Assembly: GCA_002633005.1 (NCBI GenBank)
Contig: NMRA01000037.1
Location: 857,664-913,823 of the forward strand
Source: Phoronis australis
Lineage: Eukaryota > Animalia > Phoronida
Direction of reading: 5' to 3'
DNA length: 56,160 bases
Shown here: in pieces, positions 13,501-28,500 of the stretch
Layout of the letters: each line of letters begins with the position of its first letter
Position numbering within the stretch: the stretch's first letter is position 1
Made by a program: the position numbers and the translations under genes
Notes under the pieces: generated by a model
Databases searched by the model: none
Told to the model about the DNA's origin: nothing
The model's input: only the letters and a program-made list of their open reading frames with translations

Positions 13501-16500
13501 TATTGCCAAAACTGATACGTTGTCATTAGGAGGGACCGCAATCTCTAAAGGACAGGCATTCGTGATAGATTTAAAATAACATGGTTCCACCTTTTCTCGA
13601 CGTGTCTGGGAATTACAGTTCTTGGCAAAACTGAACAGCTGTCATGTGTACTAAACGACACGTTACAGTTGAGCAAAAATATAAGATAGCGAGCTTGTCA
13701 TTTGACCTGTGTTGCTCTTTTTTGAAAAATGTTAATACTATGCACTTTTCACAAGCATTTTTGTCTTCGCTGCAGGCCACCTGTTGGCCACATCATGCGA
13801 TTTAATGAATATATGTCTGAACAGATTTCCGCCCCAACCGGGACTTGAACCTGGGACCTTCTGCAGACACTAAAGCACTTTTGTGTAAGAGGGGCACTTT
13901 CCCTGCATACTTTTGAAATAAGGTACTTATCAATTTTAGATCAAATTAAAATGGCCATAAAAACTGTTACATGACAGTTTCCTCATTTTATTCTATTGTC
14001 TGATAGTGAAAGTTGAAACTTTTTAACTGGGGAACTATTGATGCGTTCTTTGTCTTTCAGTTTTTCAAGCTAGAAGAAATAGACTACTTAGTTTTCCAGT
14101 ATGCCTTCAGTATAGCAGAAATTGGAACTGGTGGCAATGATGTAAGTTTGTGTCTTCTCCACCACTCTGTACATAACGCAGTGTAGTCATGATATACCTT
14201 ACTAAGTGCTCAGTACACTTACTTGGGATGCTCGAACTTCCTGCACGCTCGTTAATCACATCTCGCTAATTGACTTAAGTTGTTATCCTAAAGTGAGTCA
14301 GTAGTTCAGTATGTTTTTCCAGTTGCTCACTTTTACAAAAAAGTCCTCCCGAAATGAGCAAAAATAATGCAGGATTTGCATTTTTTACTCGTTGTTTGGC
14401 GAGTTGTGGTTTTTCAAGTCTTGGTTACTCGTGTCTTTGTGCAACTTTTCAAAAAAACACACGAGACCCGCGCGGAAATTTATGCAGGCTGCCGTTCTTT
14501 TAGTTTGTGAATGCAGGTCTCAAAATGAGTTCGAGATAGAGACCAGAAACAACTATGCTTTGTTGCCCTTACAATGTTTTGGATGTAGTCTCTGAAGCCC
14601 ATAACAGATTGTTGTAGCTATTTTTTGTTATCCTCAAGGTACATGTGTTCTAACTTTTTCTACTGTTTGTTCATTTGCTCTTGTTGCCATTTGAACACTC
14701 CTATCATCGCTGCACTGAATGATCAAAATTGAATTTAGATTGTGTACGACACCTGGAAGTAAGAGCCACAGCGCCCTCTATGGTTGTACCTACAGTACTG
14801 CGTGTCTGTAGGGCACTTATCCCACTGCACTGATCACCATTTTACTCTGTAATCAGACTTTGGGCATTCTAATGAAGTTGTACAAATGCATAATGTGTTG
14901 CAATGGTGACATTGAAAAAATTTGTTTGTCAGGGATGGATGTTATGTTTCTGTCTTGTCTTATCTGTCTCGCCTCAGAAACATTTAGCGGCCTAACCTTT
15001 CAGAAACTATGTCGGTCATACAATGCGTTTTTCTGCCTCCGCAAAAGAGGAGAGTTAAATTCGGAATGTGACTTATGGATGAGTTATTGTCAGATTGTTT
15101 TGTAATATTTTAAAGTCAGTCATTTTATGTGACACACATACCATCATTTGTATTGTGAGTGTAGTTTTTGTTGTGCTAAATAATGCTTGAAATGGTGTTT
15201 AATTCTTGTCTCTTACATGCTAATTCAGTAATTATTTCTTCACGTTTGGAAAATATATAGTTTTCTGACATAAAATCCATAGTTTTGTAAATATTTAGCC
15301 CAATTCACAAACTTGTTGATAAGGTCTTGCATAACCTTAAACATCTCCTCAACGCAGTGTAGTCATGATATACCTTACTAAGTGCCCAGTACACTTACTT
15401 GGGATGCTCGAACTTCCTGCACGCTTCAAAATCCAAGCAACGCATCTCGTTAATCACATCTCGCTAATTGACTTAAGATGTTATCCTAAAGTGAGTCAGT
15501 AGTTCATTATGTTTTTTCAGTCGCTCACTTTTACAAAAAAAAGTCCTCCCGAGATGAACAAAAATGATGCGGGATTTGTATTTTTTACTCGTTGTTTGGC
15601 AAGTTGTGGTTTTTCAAGCCTTGTTTACTCGTGCCTTTGTACAACTTTTCAAAAACACACACGAGACCCGCGCGGAAATTTATGCAGGCTGCCATTCTTT
15701 TAGTTGGTGAGCGCAGGTCTCAAAATGAGTTTGAGATAGAGACCAGAAACAACTCTGCTTCTTGCCCTTACAAAGTCTTGGGTGTAGTCTCTGAAGACCA
15801 TAACAGATCATCGTAGCTATTTTTTGTTATCCTCAACGTACATGTGTTCAAAATGTTTCTACTGTTTTTTCATTTGCTCTTGTTGCCATCTGAACACTCC
15901 TATCATCGCTGCACTGAATGATCAAAGTTGAATTTAGATTGTGTACGACACCTGGAAGTAAGAGCCATAGCGCCCTCTATGGTTGCATCTACAGTACTGC
16001 GTGTCTGTAGGGCACTTATCCCACTGCACTGATCACCATCTTACTCTGTAATCAGACATTGGGCATTCTAATGAAGTTGTACAAATGCATAGTGTGTTGC
16101 AATGGTGACATTGAAAAAAGTCGATTGTCAGGGATGGATGTTATGTGTCTGTCTTGTCTTGTCTGTCTCGCCTCAGAAACATTTAGCGGCCTAACCTTTC
16201 AGAAACTAGGTCGGTCATGCAATGCGTTTTTCTGCCTCCGTGAAACAGGAGAGTTAAATTCGGAATGTGACTTATGGATGAGTTATTGTCAGCCATTTTA
16301 CGTGACACACACACCATCATTTGTATTGTGAATGTAGTTTTTTTTTGTGCTAAATAATGCTTGAAATGGTGTTTAATTCTTATCTCTTACATGGTTATTC
16401 AGTAATTATTTCTTCATGTTTGGAAAATATATAGTTTTCTGACATAAAATCTATAGTTTTGTAAATATTTAGCCCAATGCACAAACTTGTTGATAAGATC

Positions 16501-19500
16501 TTACATAACGTTAAACATCTCGGCTAATTTCCTTTCAGGAAATCAACAAAGCTATCAGTAAACTCGACGTTCTAACAAAGCACAAGAAAATCGTGTTTCC
16601 GTTGGCCTACTATGGCCTGGGTAAGGCGTACGTCCGACAGAATAGGTACGACGTGGCCCTAGAGCCCCTTAACAAGGGTCTAAAGGTGTCTAGTCAGGTG
16701 TCTTACTGTGTCCTCACTTGGCCAGGTACACAGCTTGTCATAGAAGAGACAAGAGAAGGCAAACTACAGGTAAGAGGTACACTAGCGGGATGTGTTGAGA
16801 ACGATGTGTTGAGAACGATGTGTTGAGAACGATATGTTGAGAACGATGTGTGGTGGGAGCACGTGCCATCAACTCGGGACATGTAAGCCCTCATGCCTAA
16901 TGCTGAAATTTACAGTACACAAGACTCCGTGTTCGCATCCTTTTCTGTAAGAAGAACCAGACACCGCGTAACACGCTCATTGTTGTTGGAAAGTGTTACC
17001 GTGTTTTGCATGTCATAGGGTGTAATTAGCACGATGACATAATCAATGTTTTTCTTAAGGTATATGTGTTGAAGAGTCCTAGTGTTTTAATTAGTGAATG
17101 CCGTTTCTATTTCAGGCCGCCTTTGAAAGCTTGATTGACAGGTGTCTCCACCCACCACCCCCTGATGGTGTCTGTCGCTATGACAACTGTTCTGGTTATT
17201 TTAAAGGAAACATTTATTTTACTGATCCTGATTTTGTAGTAAGTATTCAGTGAACTGTGATGCTGTTTATGTAAATTTGCTCTGTGTGTTTTTGTTTGAC
17301 TGTGTGTTTGTGTTCGTGTGTGTGTGGGTGGGTGGGTGTGTTTTCATATGAACCGACCTATGGAATATGGTCTAGATTGAACTGTAACCTATAGAGAAAG
17401 CTGCTTTGATTATTTTTTTTGATGTATTGTAATTATGTGCTATGATACACTGAGTTAGAAGAGAAATCTTTTGAACTAGTTTCCCTGTCGTGATGAAACT
17501 AAGTTCAGTCGTGGTAGCTGTAGAACAGAACTGGAAGATGAAATGTGTTACAGTGATGCTGTATGTTTCATTGAAAGAACAATATTATTTTATAATACAG
17601 TTTCTCTAGTCAGCCACACTTTATCCTAAATTGGTGAGATTTACCACAGTAGGTGGAGACTGGAGAGGTAAATGCGCGTCATTATTCTCCTGTATGAAAT
17701 CCAACTAAAATAAGACTAGCTTTGGAGCATGTAACAGCACTTTGTTAGATGTGTATCGAGACAACTGAACCTGCAGTCCATTTGTGCATACCCTGTCTGC
17801 AGTTTTCGTTGTCATTATAGTGAACCTGATGAACAGCTATTCATGGCCAAAAGCTATTTTTAATTTAATTTTTTTTTGTTTTATTTATATTTTATACTGG
17901 AGAACAATAGAAAATTTTATTCCATATTTCATTTCAATGCCTCTAATATTTGCATGGTAAACTGGAATTGCGTATTTTGTTTTTACCCAAAGACAAAACT
18001 AAGTCGATTTTGTTCATCAACGTATTGGCTGGAAGGCTGATTGTTATTCGTTGTCATTCTAGGGAATGACTCGTTTGATTTGTGAAGACAAGTGCACAAT
18101 AGATTTTCATCCTAACTGTTGGAAAAGGGTCAAGGCCAACAATGAAGGGAAATTGTCTGAAAAGGTAAACGGCTAAACACTTGGCATCTTGTTAGCAGAC
18201 GTAATACGGTAAAATTGAATAAAAATAATTATTAAAATGACGTTTGTTCATGTTTCTGCAGCTTTTTTTTTCAAAATATTGCCCAATGTGAGCTATAATC
18301 CAGAACTTGGAAATTTTGAATTTTAAAATACTAATGTCTTGTAAATATTGTATAAAAATTTGTTTCCTGACATCTCGTGTTTCAGGACTTTCTGGGTGGT
18401 ACTTGCTTTACGCCTGATTGTCCTGGATTAGTGGTCCTGCTGCAAATTTTTGGTAATGACTCAACTGTTGTCAAAGAGGTAGGTTGTCACATCACTTTAA
18501 TGCAAGAACTACAGAAACGGTGCTGATTAGGCGGAAAAAGCGTATTGGATTCTGGTCTCTGCCCCCAACTCGTTTTGAGACCTGCGCTCCCCGTCTGAAA
18601 AATTTCAGTCAAGATCTCGTGTTTCTGTTTGAAAAGCTGCCCAAATGGCACATAAGCAAAGTTTTAAACGCCATGATTTCCAAGCAGGAAAAACGGCATT
18701 ATTTGCTCGTCTCGTGCGGAATTTCTTTCTTGGAAAAGTGACCAGCTAAAGAATACAGCACCACCAATTTGAATTTCAAAAAAAAAACAGGAACGAGAAC
18801 CAACTATGCTTTTTGGCCTTTTTCTCATATACCGCAAAAACCTCAAGTAAGTTGTTGCTTCTAAGACTGTTTAAGTTCATGTATCTTAAAATCAAGTATG
18901 TGTAATTTGACTGCAAAATGTGTCTTAACTGAAACTTTTGATCTGGCTTTGTCATCTTATATACCCTGCCTATTTGTTTATGCTTGCTTGGGAGATTGAC
19001 GGAGTTGTTTTTATTTTCAGTTTAAAAATGATGTACATGTTGAAAAACACAAGGAGAGTGAAAAAAATATACCCAAGAAGCAGACGACATCTGGGTAATT
19101 ATACATCTGCATTTGTTGTTTGTCATTTGAGTACGTATAGATGCTTTTCATGCAATAGATATCCGACTGACTTTTATAAGCTTCTCAACTCGCACATTGT
19201 TGAATTTTTTATTTGAACTTGAGACTTGACTTTCACATTTTTTCTGACCCTGATTATTGGCGTGAAATTTAGTTGATGCAGAAAAGCAAAACAAGGTTTC
19301 CGCATCATTCTAGAGGCATCTTGAAATTGGTTCATGGTGCATTTAAACATTAATTTTTGGTGTGACAAATTAGATCCATTTATAAATTTCACTGAAACAA
19401 ACATGTGGGTGATGAGCTGTCTTTATAATCAAGGATGGAATTTTAAATATTTTTTTTTTAAGTATTAATAGTGGATTCATAAAACTATTATAATAATTTT

Positions 19501-22500
19501 AAAATCTTTGATGGTTGGAAAATCTTATTAATTGCACCAAAAATAATTTCCAGACTATTTTTCTCTAAAGAAAATAATTTTCACCTTCACTTCCACAAAC
19601 ATGAATTTTTTGATGAAACCTACAAATTTTGTTTCTTTATTCCATTAACCACGAAAGCGTGTCTGGTATTTTCTGGATTTTAACATTTGAGCTCCACTGT
19701 CGAAAATGAAGATGCCAACATTGCCTGAAACAACAGGGTCTATTTTTTGACAGTTTAAAGCCTTTAAAAGTAAATCCTGAGCATATATGACAATCTGTGT
19801 GAAAAATCATGATTTTTTAGATAAAATGCAGTCATGTGATTACAAACTTCTGACCATTTGCTTTCATGCACTTAATAAGAAATTCAAGATAGATTTATGG
19901 ATTTACTATAAGTATTGAGTGGTTCAAATATTTTTGTTTGTGGTGTAGGCAGATGTTCTAGTGTTCTAACAGACGTCAGAATTAGGTAACGCTACAAGTG
20001 GAATCACAAGATCTCCGTCACTTCCATCTTTCTCTATTTTGGCAACTTTGACTGTTACGTCAACAACGAGTGACTGCATTTCTAACTCAAGCCTAGGAAA
20101 TGATGTTCTCAGATTTTGCAAGTTTTGTCGTTGTTTATTGTCTGGCACTTTCTGCCCACTGCAGTCCTAAGAAGTTGAGTAAGAAGCAGAGAAAAAAAGA
20201 ACAGAAGCGAGCTGCAGCCGCCGCTGCTAACACCAACACGAACACCACCACCACCACCACCACCACCACCACTTCCACGGCTGTTGCTGCCTCTTCAGGA
20301 TCTCACATCACCATGTGCAATGATGATGATATCATTGAAGAAATCACTGGTGCCGAGTTGGACTTGGACAAACTGGAAGCCAAAGCTGATGAGAAGCCAA
20401 CGGCAGTATCCGATGAGAGTTATGTGGAGGAAACAGTGCCTAAAGGTGGGTGTATTTTTTAACAGTGGCCATAGCCTTTTCTTCATCGCTCAACAGAAAG
20501 ATGTATACCAGGCTTACTCATTCTGATGTTATATATCTCAAGTATTTCAATAGCAAAATAGATACCACTTTCTGTCTCCGAACAGATCGTTCAGGGCTTC
20601 TGCAAGCAAAAATCGGTGTCAAAATGCCATTAATTTTGACACAGTTGGCCAACCCTTCCAGAACTGAGGGGCTTTGTTATCATTTGCAGGTGGTCTCCGA
20701 TCTCCTTTCAGTGGTAGAATTTAGTAGGAAACACCTTGTACACACATAAGTCTTAGTGTGGTGAGGTCACAAATGGAACATCAGTGAGTAAAGCGGTTTT
20801 CTGAGGTCAGCTGCAATGTGTAAGAAAATTCATATCCTCTGCGGACGTAGTCCAGCATCTAGCATTTTTCTGGCAGAGTTTAACCCCGCTTGATAAGTGG
20901 CCAAGTTTAATTCATATAAACAGGCCTTGATTTCAGGGAATGGTTGGCAGTCAATTGTGAGAGTAGGTCATCACAAAACACAATAGATTTTGTTGTTTCA
21001 TAACTTTGATCAAAGCTAAGAATTTTTAAGAGTCTATCAGGTCCAACAGTACTCTCAAATATAAAATTTTTCTGTTGTCCCTTTAACCTTGACCCAATTT
21101 CAAATTTGTGTTTGCAAGACAGGTGGATAGACATTGACATAGACAACCACAATCTCTTGCTTTCAGGGTCATTTTGTTACTGACATTTTGCATCAGTCAT
21201 TTGAGTTTGAGTATCTCCTAACACATCAGGGGCAATGAAATGGCATTGTGCAAAGAATAACGGAAAATGCTGTGATATACCTCTGCCTTAGAGCTTCGTT
21301 CAAATCAGCAGGTGGCGTTGAATGCTGTCCGCCAGGAACTCCATCGCCGCGTAACAGCAATGTATATTTCATAGTCTTCTCTATGTTGGAAAGTGGCTAT
21401 TGCTGTAATGGTGAAGAAATTTTTAGACGATTTCTTATGGTTTTTGTGTTTGAGGTTATGTATAAGCCTTGAAAAAATGTCCAAATTTGACTAATTTACA
21501 GCGTCATATTTCAGAAATGGTAAATTGGATTCAAACTCTCAGGTATTCAGCTTCATGCATTGTTAAGGATTGTTTTCGAAATGATCCAGCTTTGTAAGAG
21601 GGTTTACAATAGTAGAACTTTCATGATTTTTATTAGAAAACTTCAACGAATCATAAATTTAACTAAAAGAGTATGATGATTAAGAAAACTTACAGAATCT
21701 TTGGCATTCGATATATGTTATGTATTCCGTTGTTTGGCTATGGATGAACCTTTTTTGGGAATAAAAAATAAACCGTTTTCGTAATAACACCAAGAACTAC
21801 TTCAGTGTGTCAGGGCTATTTCTGTTTTCTTTTATTTGAATTTGTTTACGTATGTTTGTAGAGTTGGAGAACGACACCAGAGAACCAGAGAGTGAATCAG
21901 TGGTTGTCATCAGGAAAGAAACTGAAGATGAAGATATGTTTAAGGTAATCACTATTAGGGATTTCTACATTGTGTGAATAAAAAGTTTTCTTTGATATTT
22001 CTGATGGGACGTGTAGGTTATTTTCAAGATTTTGTTGACGCTGTTTTAACTTTAGCTCTTTTGTAATTAGGAAGATAGAAATGTTCGTGGTTCTATAAAC
22101 AATATTTTTTGTGGGAGTTTCTGCATTTTCAATAACTTGTTACAAAGGAGTATGGGAGGGGATGGTTATCAGCCTTTGACGCTTTGAAAATCTGCAGGTC
22201 ATCAGTTGCGACCTGGCCAAAATCCTAGGCCGCATTTATAGAATTCAGGCCGCACTTACAAGTTCCACCACGTGAGATTTATAGTTGACACCAGTCGGGA
22301 ATGAAAAAAAAACGTGACGCCCGTATTGTTAAGTGGGAAAAGCATCTGGCTGAAGGAGACAAAACTGCAACCTTCTTGCTCCTTTGTACCACGGACTGTT
22401 TAAGAAACACTTGTGCTGCCACCTACCAAAAAGTTTTTTTCACACCGACGGAAAATTCGATGTGCCTAAAAATAATTACAATTGTCCTGCTCTAACGGCA

Positions 22501-25500
22501 GTATTCTTTCACATTTGATTCTGCATGTTATTTTTGAAACAGTGGGGCTTACACAACTTAAGTCTATTATTGTGAACGAAAGTACATGAAACTCTACTGG
22601 CGTCAGTCTACTAGTGCGAGTTGGCCAAAATCCCTTCTCACAGTTCCAATTTTCAGGTCGTAAAGGCAACCTGCAGCTTGTTGTGTTAAGTCCTGGTCAT
22701 TGTACTTGGCGTCTATTTAATACCAGCTAAATGCTTACAAATTGTTGGAAGCTGAGTCATCGTATGTTATGGTGTTTGTATTAGGGTTAGTTTACTTGAT
22801 GTATGTTCTTCCTTTGCATCCTGTATATGTAGTATGTATACAAACGATGAAAAGATACGATGTCTCTTAGTATACAATGATGCAGGCTGTGATTGTTCTT
22901 ACTCCTGCAGTACACACCTAAGGTATTCAGGAAAAATGGCATGTAATTCTCTGTCACGAAGGCTGGGCGGAAGTCAAATTCGTCATTAGAGCAACCTTGT
23001 GTTATGATCGAGAATGAAGGAGAATCAATAGGAAAGTTTGTGTGGTGGCTATGAAAGCCGTTTTGTAATCGGTAATTTTGCTAACAGAATTAGACATCAT
23101 GACTTGAAAATGGTATTTTGTCTGACTACTTTTGTCTGGTACTACGTTTGATTACTTTTGTCTGGTACTATGTTTGATTACTTTTGTCTGGTACTATGTT
23201 TGATTACTTTTGTCTGGTACTACGTTTGATTACTTTTGTCTGGTACTATGCCGTCATTTCTCTTCGCGTAGTCCTCAACTCAGAAAAGTAAACAGAAGAA
23301 AAAGAAGAAGGAGAAAGCACAGAAAGTTTTGACGTTGGATGAATTTATTGGTCCCCAAGAGAGGTAGGCTGCCCATTGGCCTCACTGGGCCCATGCGAAG
23401 GGTTAATGCCTTTTCAAAAACCAGTTATTTTGTTATGTAGGAATTTATCGAGAAGTAAATATTTTCTGGAAGTAGAAAGCCTGTAGCCACATGAACGTGT
23501 CGTATAAAAATGGTAAAATTTAGCAGAAGAGATGGTACGTTTTGTATCGAAGTAAACGTATCAAATAATATGACCAAATTTCTTTTGATATAATTGTTCA
23601 AGATGAAATCTGAAAAACACTGTTAGTTTTCTGTTATATGGTTTTATGTTAGTTTTATGCAGCTTTTGAGTTAACCCTCATTTCATGGGAGATAACTCCA
23701 CTTTATTGACTCTGGCAGATGACAGGAAAACAGCTTTACCAAGTCCCAAACAAAAGTCTAGTAATTGTTGAAGAAATTTTTATAGATAGCTTACCTGTTG
23801 AATTGCAATTGATACAAGGCCTCTTAACTTGCCGGTGTCGATACTAATTCAGGATCGGAGTTTGAACTGTCAGACATGAGACAAAATGTTTATGGGCCAG
23901 TGGAGTACAGATTTCAACCAAAAACCTTCGTTGACCAATGATAGTATTTTTTCACCTGAAATCTTGAATACTCTACCTTAGATATATGCTCAGCGTATGA
24001 TGTCATTGTTTTAGAATATCATAGTACAAAGTGTGTTCATCTTATCCTGAAAGTTTCAAAACAATTTACTTGCAAATATAAATTTAAGGAGCATTGTGTG
24101 TAATGCTCTCTATGTAATACATATCCTCAAAATTTATTTGGCGCTGAGAAATGCTGTTCTTAAAGAACATGGCAGTGGACTGCATACAATGTCTGTTGTA
24201 TTTACTACAATGCTTACAATCATGTAAACATATACCTAAATACAATATCTGTTGTATTCCCTTCCTTATTCTAAGATTTCCTATAATGCTTACAATCATC
24301 TTAAAAGCATATACTTATTTAATAAATAATGTCTGTTGTATTTCCTTCAGTGCCTACAGCCATCTTCCCAGCACCACCAACCCGGATCAATGCTACCCTT
24401 TTGCTGTACCGAAGGAGTACAACTTACTTACAGTAAATCAGAGACGCCAACCTGTCGATGAAGTTGAAAGAAAGGTGTTTTCGATCAAGGAAAATTTATT
24501 TAGGTTGGTGCTGATATATACTGTCATTGCTACAGTAAGGGATAAAATTTTCAAATAAAGTATGAAATGAGTTTTGCCAAGATCATAAAAAACTACTTGT
24601 CTATTTCAAACAAATTTTCTTTGTTAGGTTGATGAATTTAATTTTATTTGTTTGGAGAACGTCTGTTTATTCCTAAAATATACCTTTTGATCGTTAGTCT
24701 TCATGATTACTGCACTCACTTGTGTTAGTGCCCTTGTTTTGCTAAACACCTACATTAGGGCTTGGCTATTCAAAATCCATACGGGGTAATAAAACAATTA
24801 TCTTCTCATTCACAACCACAAGCTTTTCAAAATCTATTGGAACATGTACCATAAGCCCTTTGTTGTTAAGCTGTGTTTACTTACAGGGGCCAACTGGGAT
24901 AGTTGTATAACTAATGGTAGGCTTCACAAAGACTGCTTTCACTGACGTTGCAGGACAATTTCAAAATGTCTGTCGTGTGGGAATGACATGGATGATTTAC
25001 AATAAGTCACAAAATTCTGTGTGAACTTGTTATACTCTCTAAGGCCAAAATGCACCCCAGAATGTGCTAATTTTCACTTTCAAATGCCCACCGCCTGTTT
25101 ATAGAAGCGAGACTTCCTTGAAAGTGCCCGTGTCTTTGTGAATGCAATTCTCACGAGCATTTTATCACCCAAAATGTTCACAACTCGCTTACATTTGGAT
25201 AACAAACTGTCATTTTCAGTATCAACTTGCCTTAAATTTGGAGGGTAAATACCCACTCTTTACTGAAGGAGACATTAAATAGTTCCTTTGGCCCATGTGT
25301 ACTCTGAAATTATCGTACTTGTGTGATAAAAATGGTTAGGGCATTTGCGTGAGAGAATCGACTGTTCGGTTACACGTCATTTCTCAACTTTCAAAAAATT
25401 GTAATTCCAAACGCCCATGCTCGGGTTGTTGCCCATCACCCGATTGTTTAATTTCCCAATTTAAATGCCTTGGTTGATAGTGCGCATGGGTTTTTCTTAA

Positions 25501-28500
25501 GAAAATATGTTCATTGAGTTCCACAATGATGACGTATTTGACACGCTTTATTCTTCCATGCGCATCCTGTTTTTAAGTAGTCCATGGAAGAGATCTGCAT
25601 TAAAGATGTGTTTACATTCTACTAATTGTGCTAAGGTATTGCATTCACTAAATAGTAAATACTGTTTTTACATATCCCATGTTTACCAAGCCGGGAATGT
25701 GAAAACAACAAATGCTGCAAATGGATAAACTTTGAACTGATCCCTGATATACCTAGTGAACACAGCACAGTGTCGCAGTAGTCACTGGACACGGTTCAGT
25801 GATGTGCGGCTGATCTTTTTTGCCACAAAACTCATTCTTAAAAACATTTCAAAACTTACCATTTAGTATTCTCCTCATCGCGGTATCTTGTATTTCTTGT
25901 TTGTCCGAATAATCACAGAGATGATAGATCAGCCTGCTGCAAATTTCAGTTATATGGTGATGTTAGTGTAGGTATGTGACATTGGCTCGTCAGAAGCCTA
26001 CACCTAATGAAAGTTAACCTGTGTTTATCTCAGTCTGTACACTGTAGTTCAAACTGTGTGTTCTACCTGTATTAAAAGTGTATGATTCATGTTCAGTTTT
26101 GTAAATCTTGATGAAGAAGAATCGCCTCTTCCTATTCTGTGCTTTGTTATATCTGAAAACTTACATTATTTTAACAATCAGATGAAAAGAATGATGCTTT
26201 AATCTTATTTGCTCCATCAGTTGGAGTTCTCGGGCAACTTTCTTTTGTTTCAGTTACTTCAAAGGCATCCTAGAAGCCAATGGTCCATTATACATCAGTG
26301 ATGAGATTATTGAGACTGAGCTGGGGTCGTTTCCCCCGGAGGCACGTAAAGTTATAAGTGACTGTGGTGGCCTGGAAAATCTTCTCAAGGAATGTCTTCA
26401 ATTTGCTTCCATTGACGGTCATCTGTGTTTGTTGAAGGACGCATTTAAAGCTCGCCAAATGGCCGAGAAAAGGAGAGCGCAGGAAATGTGGACAACTGTC
26501 GGTGGTAATGTTGGCAATGTGCCGTCGCCTCGCTTTAGTATTTCCACTGGTGTGTCAGAGTCATCTATGAGTCCGGCTCCTTCAGGTCCCTCTGAAAGTG
26601 GGTCACGACCCATGACTCCCACCTCAGTGCTGTCTGGACAATCATCTCGGCCCCTCACCCCGCTGGAAGTGAAACCCAAGGCAGATGGTTTTAGGATCCC
26701 CGAACAAGCAGATCAGGAATTTACAGTTCCTGAAACGATGGACAATAATGGGCATTTTGTGGACTCTGTTAATAAACCTGTGAACATTCTGAGAAACATT
26801 GCCTCAGCACCGGTTATACACACAAAGAGTCAATACATGACGTCAACCACTTCAGCTTATCATCAGTCTGCACACTTTAGAAACCGACCTCCTTTTTATC
26901 TCAATACTGCAGTCCCGCCTCCAAACTTTGTTTTGGCTAGTAACGCTACCAGCCACTTTGCGCCGCCACCTGTGGCCTCCAATAGAGGGAGCTATCAACA
27001 TGGTGGTGTAGGTGGTACATTCAATAACTTGGGACCAGCAGGGGATGCTGGGAATGTTCTGGGATCAGATGCAGACAAGTTGGATGATTTTGCTTTGCCT
27101 GTTAACTCGCTTCTGACTGCAAATGATAACTTTGAACGTAAATCAAACAGCAGCTTGCTTCCTGATTATGTACTTACCACAGAATTGTCAGATGCAGACA
27201 TAAAAGACAGCAAACAATCTGTTAGGAGTTTACGTATTGACGTTGCTGTTTTGTGCGTCCCAGAGACTTGTGATGTTGCTGTAGCAACAGAAGACAGTGT
27301 TGTGGCTCGCCATGACTACATGGAACTTGTTAAGGAAAACGAATTCAAAAATCTTCAACTTAATGAGGCCCGAGAGCTGGAGAGTCAATTGAGGGGTCAT
27401 GTTAAAGGGAGAGAAGCTAAGATAAAAGACTTGGAAGACAAGTATCAGGTATTGATTTAACCATTGGTGTGGACTGTTTGTTGTATGCAATTCTGGTATA
27501 CTACTGCATNGCCGCCACCTGTGGCCTCCAATAGAGGGAGTTATCAACAGGGTGGTGTAGGTGGTACATTCAATAACTTGGGACCAGCAGGGGATGCTGG
27601 GAATGTTCTGGGATCAGATGCGGACAAGTTGGATGATTTTGCTTTGCCTGTTAACTCGCTTCTGACTGCAAATGATAACTTTGAACGTAAATCAAACAGC
27701 AGCTTGCTTCCTGATTATGTACTTACCACAGAATTGTCAGATGCAGACATAAAAGACAGGAAACAATCTGTTAGGAGTTTACGTATTGACGTTGCTGTTT
27801 TGTGCGTCCCAGAGACTTGTGATGTTGCTGTAGCAACAGAAGACAGTGTTGTGGCTCGCCATGACTACATGGAACTTGTTAAGGAAAACGAATTCAAAAA
27901 TCTTCAACTTAATGAGGCCCGAGAGCTGGAGAGTCAATTGAGGGGTCATGTTAAAGGGAGAGAAGCTAAGATAAAAGACTTGGAAGACAAGTATCAGGTA
28001 TTGATTTAACCATTGGTGTGGACTGTTTGTTGTATGCAATTCTGGTATACTACTGCATGCTATGATTGGGTGACATAACGTATCAATTACGCTATGCGCT
28101 GAGGTGAACCATGAGGTTCTGATTTAACACCACTACATTCCTGTAGTAGGATCAATGTTTCATGAAGTCATGAGATTTACTTAAAAATAGGTAGTAATCT
28201 TAGACTTCTTTCGGAGGGTTTATTGCACGTGTCAGCTCATGGGATTGAGCACATGCGGAGCAGGAGATCTTACTCAAAGCTCCAGCTGTGTGGTCAAGTG
28301 GCATTTGAACCCACCATCTCTAGACTGATAGGCTGCAACTCTAGTACAAGACCACCCCACCTCCACGTAATGTAAAATCCACTCAGATTAGGAAGCTGGA
28401 GCAGTGCTTAGACTTTGTCCTGTTGGATTTAGATTTGGCTCCTGCTATGCTTTGGGTCTTTCTGTGGGATTTGATCTCCTGTCGTATTGTTCATAGGTGA

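Noticed and set aside
13828-13863. tRNA gene (also 42204-42275)
   Set aside because: Only partial A- or B-box similarity and no complete cloverleaf; better explained as SINE heads.
14392-16331. Paired Cys-rich small ORFs suggesting a duplicated peptide gene
   Set aside because: They arise from the 1.18-kb intronic duplication, start at TTG, and differ by frameshifting indels.
27464-28009. Separate 181-aa gene or internal protein repeat
   Set aside because: Duplicate of the exon end across a single N; likely a haplotype overlap.
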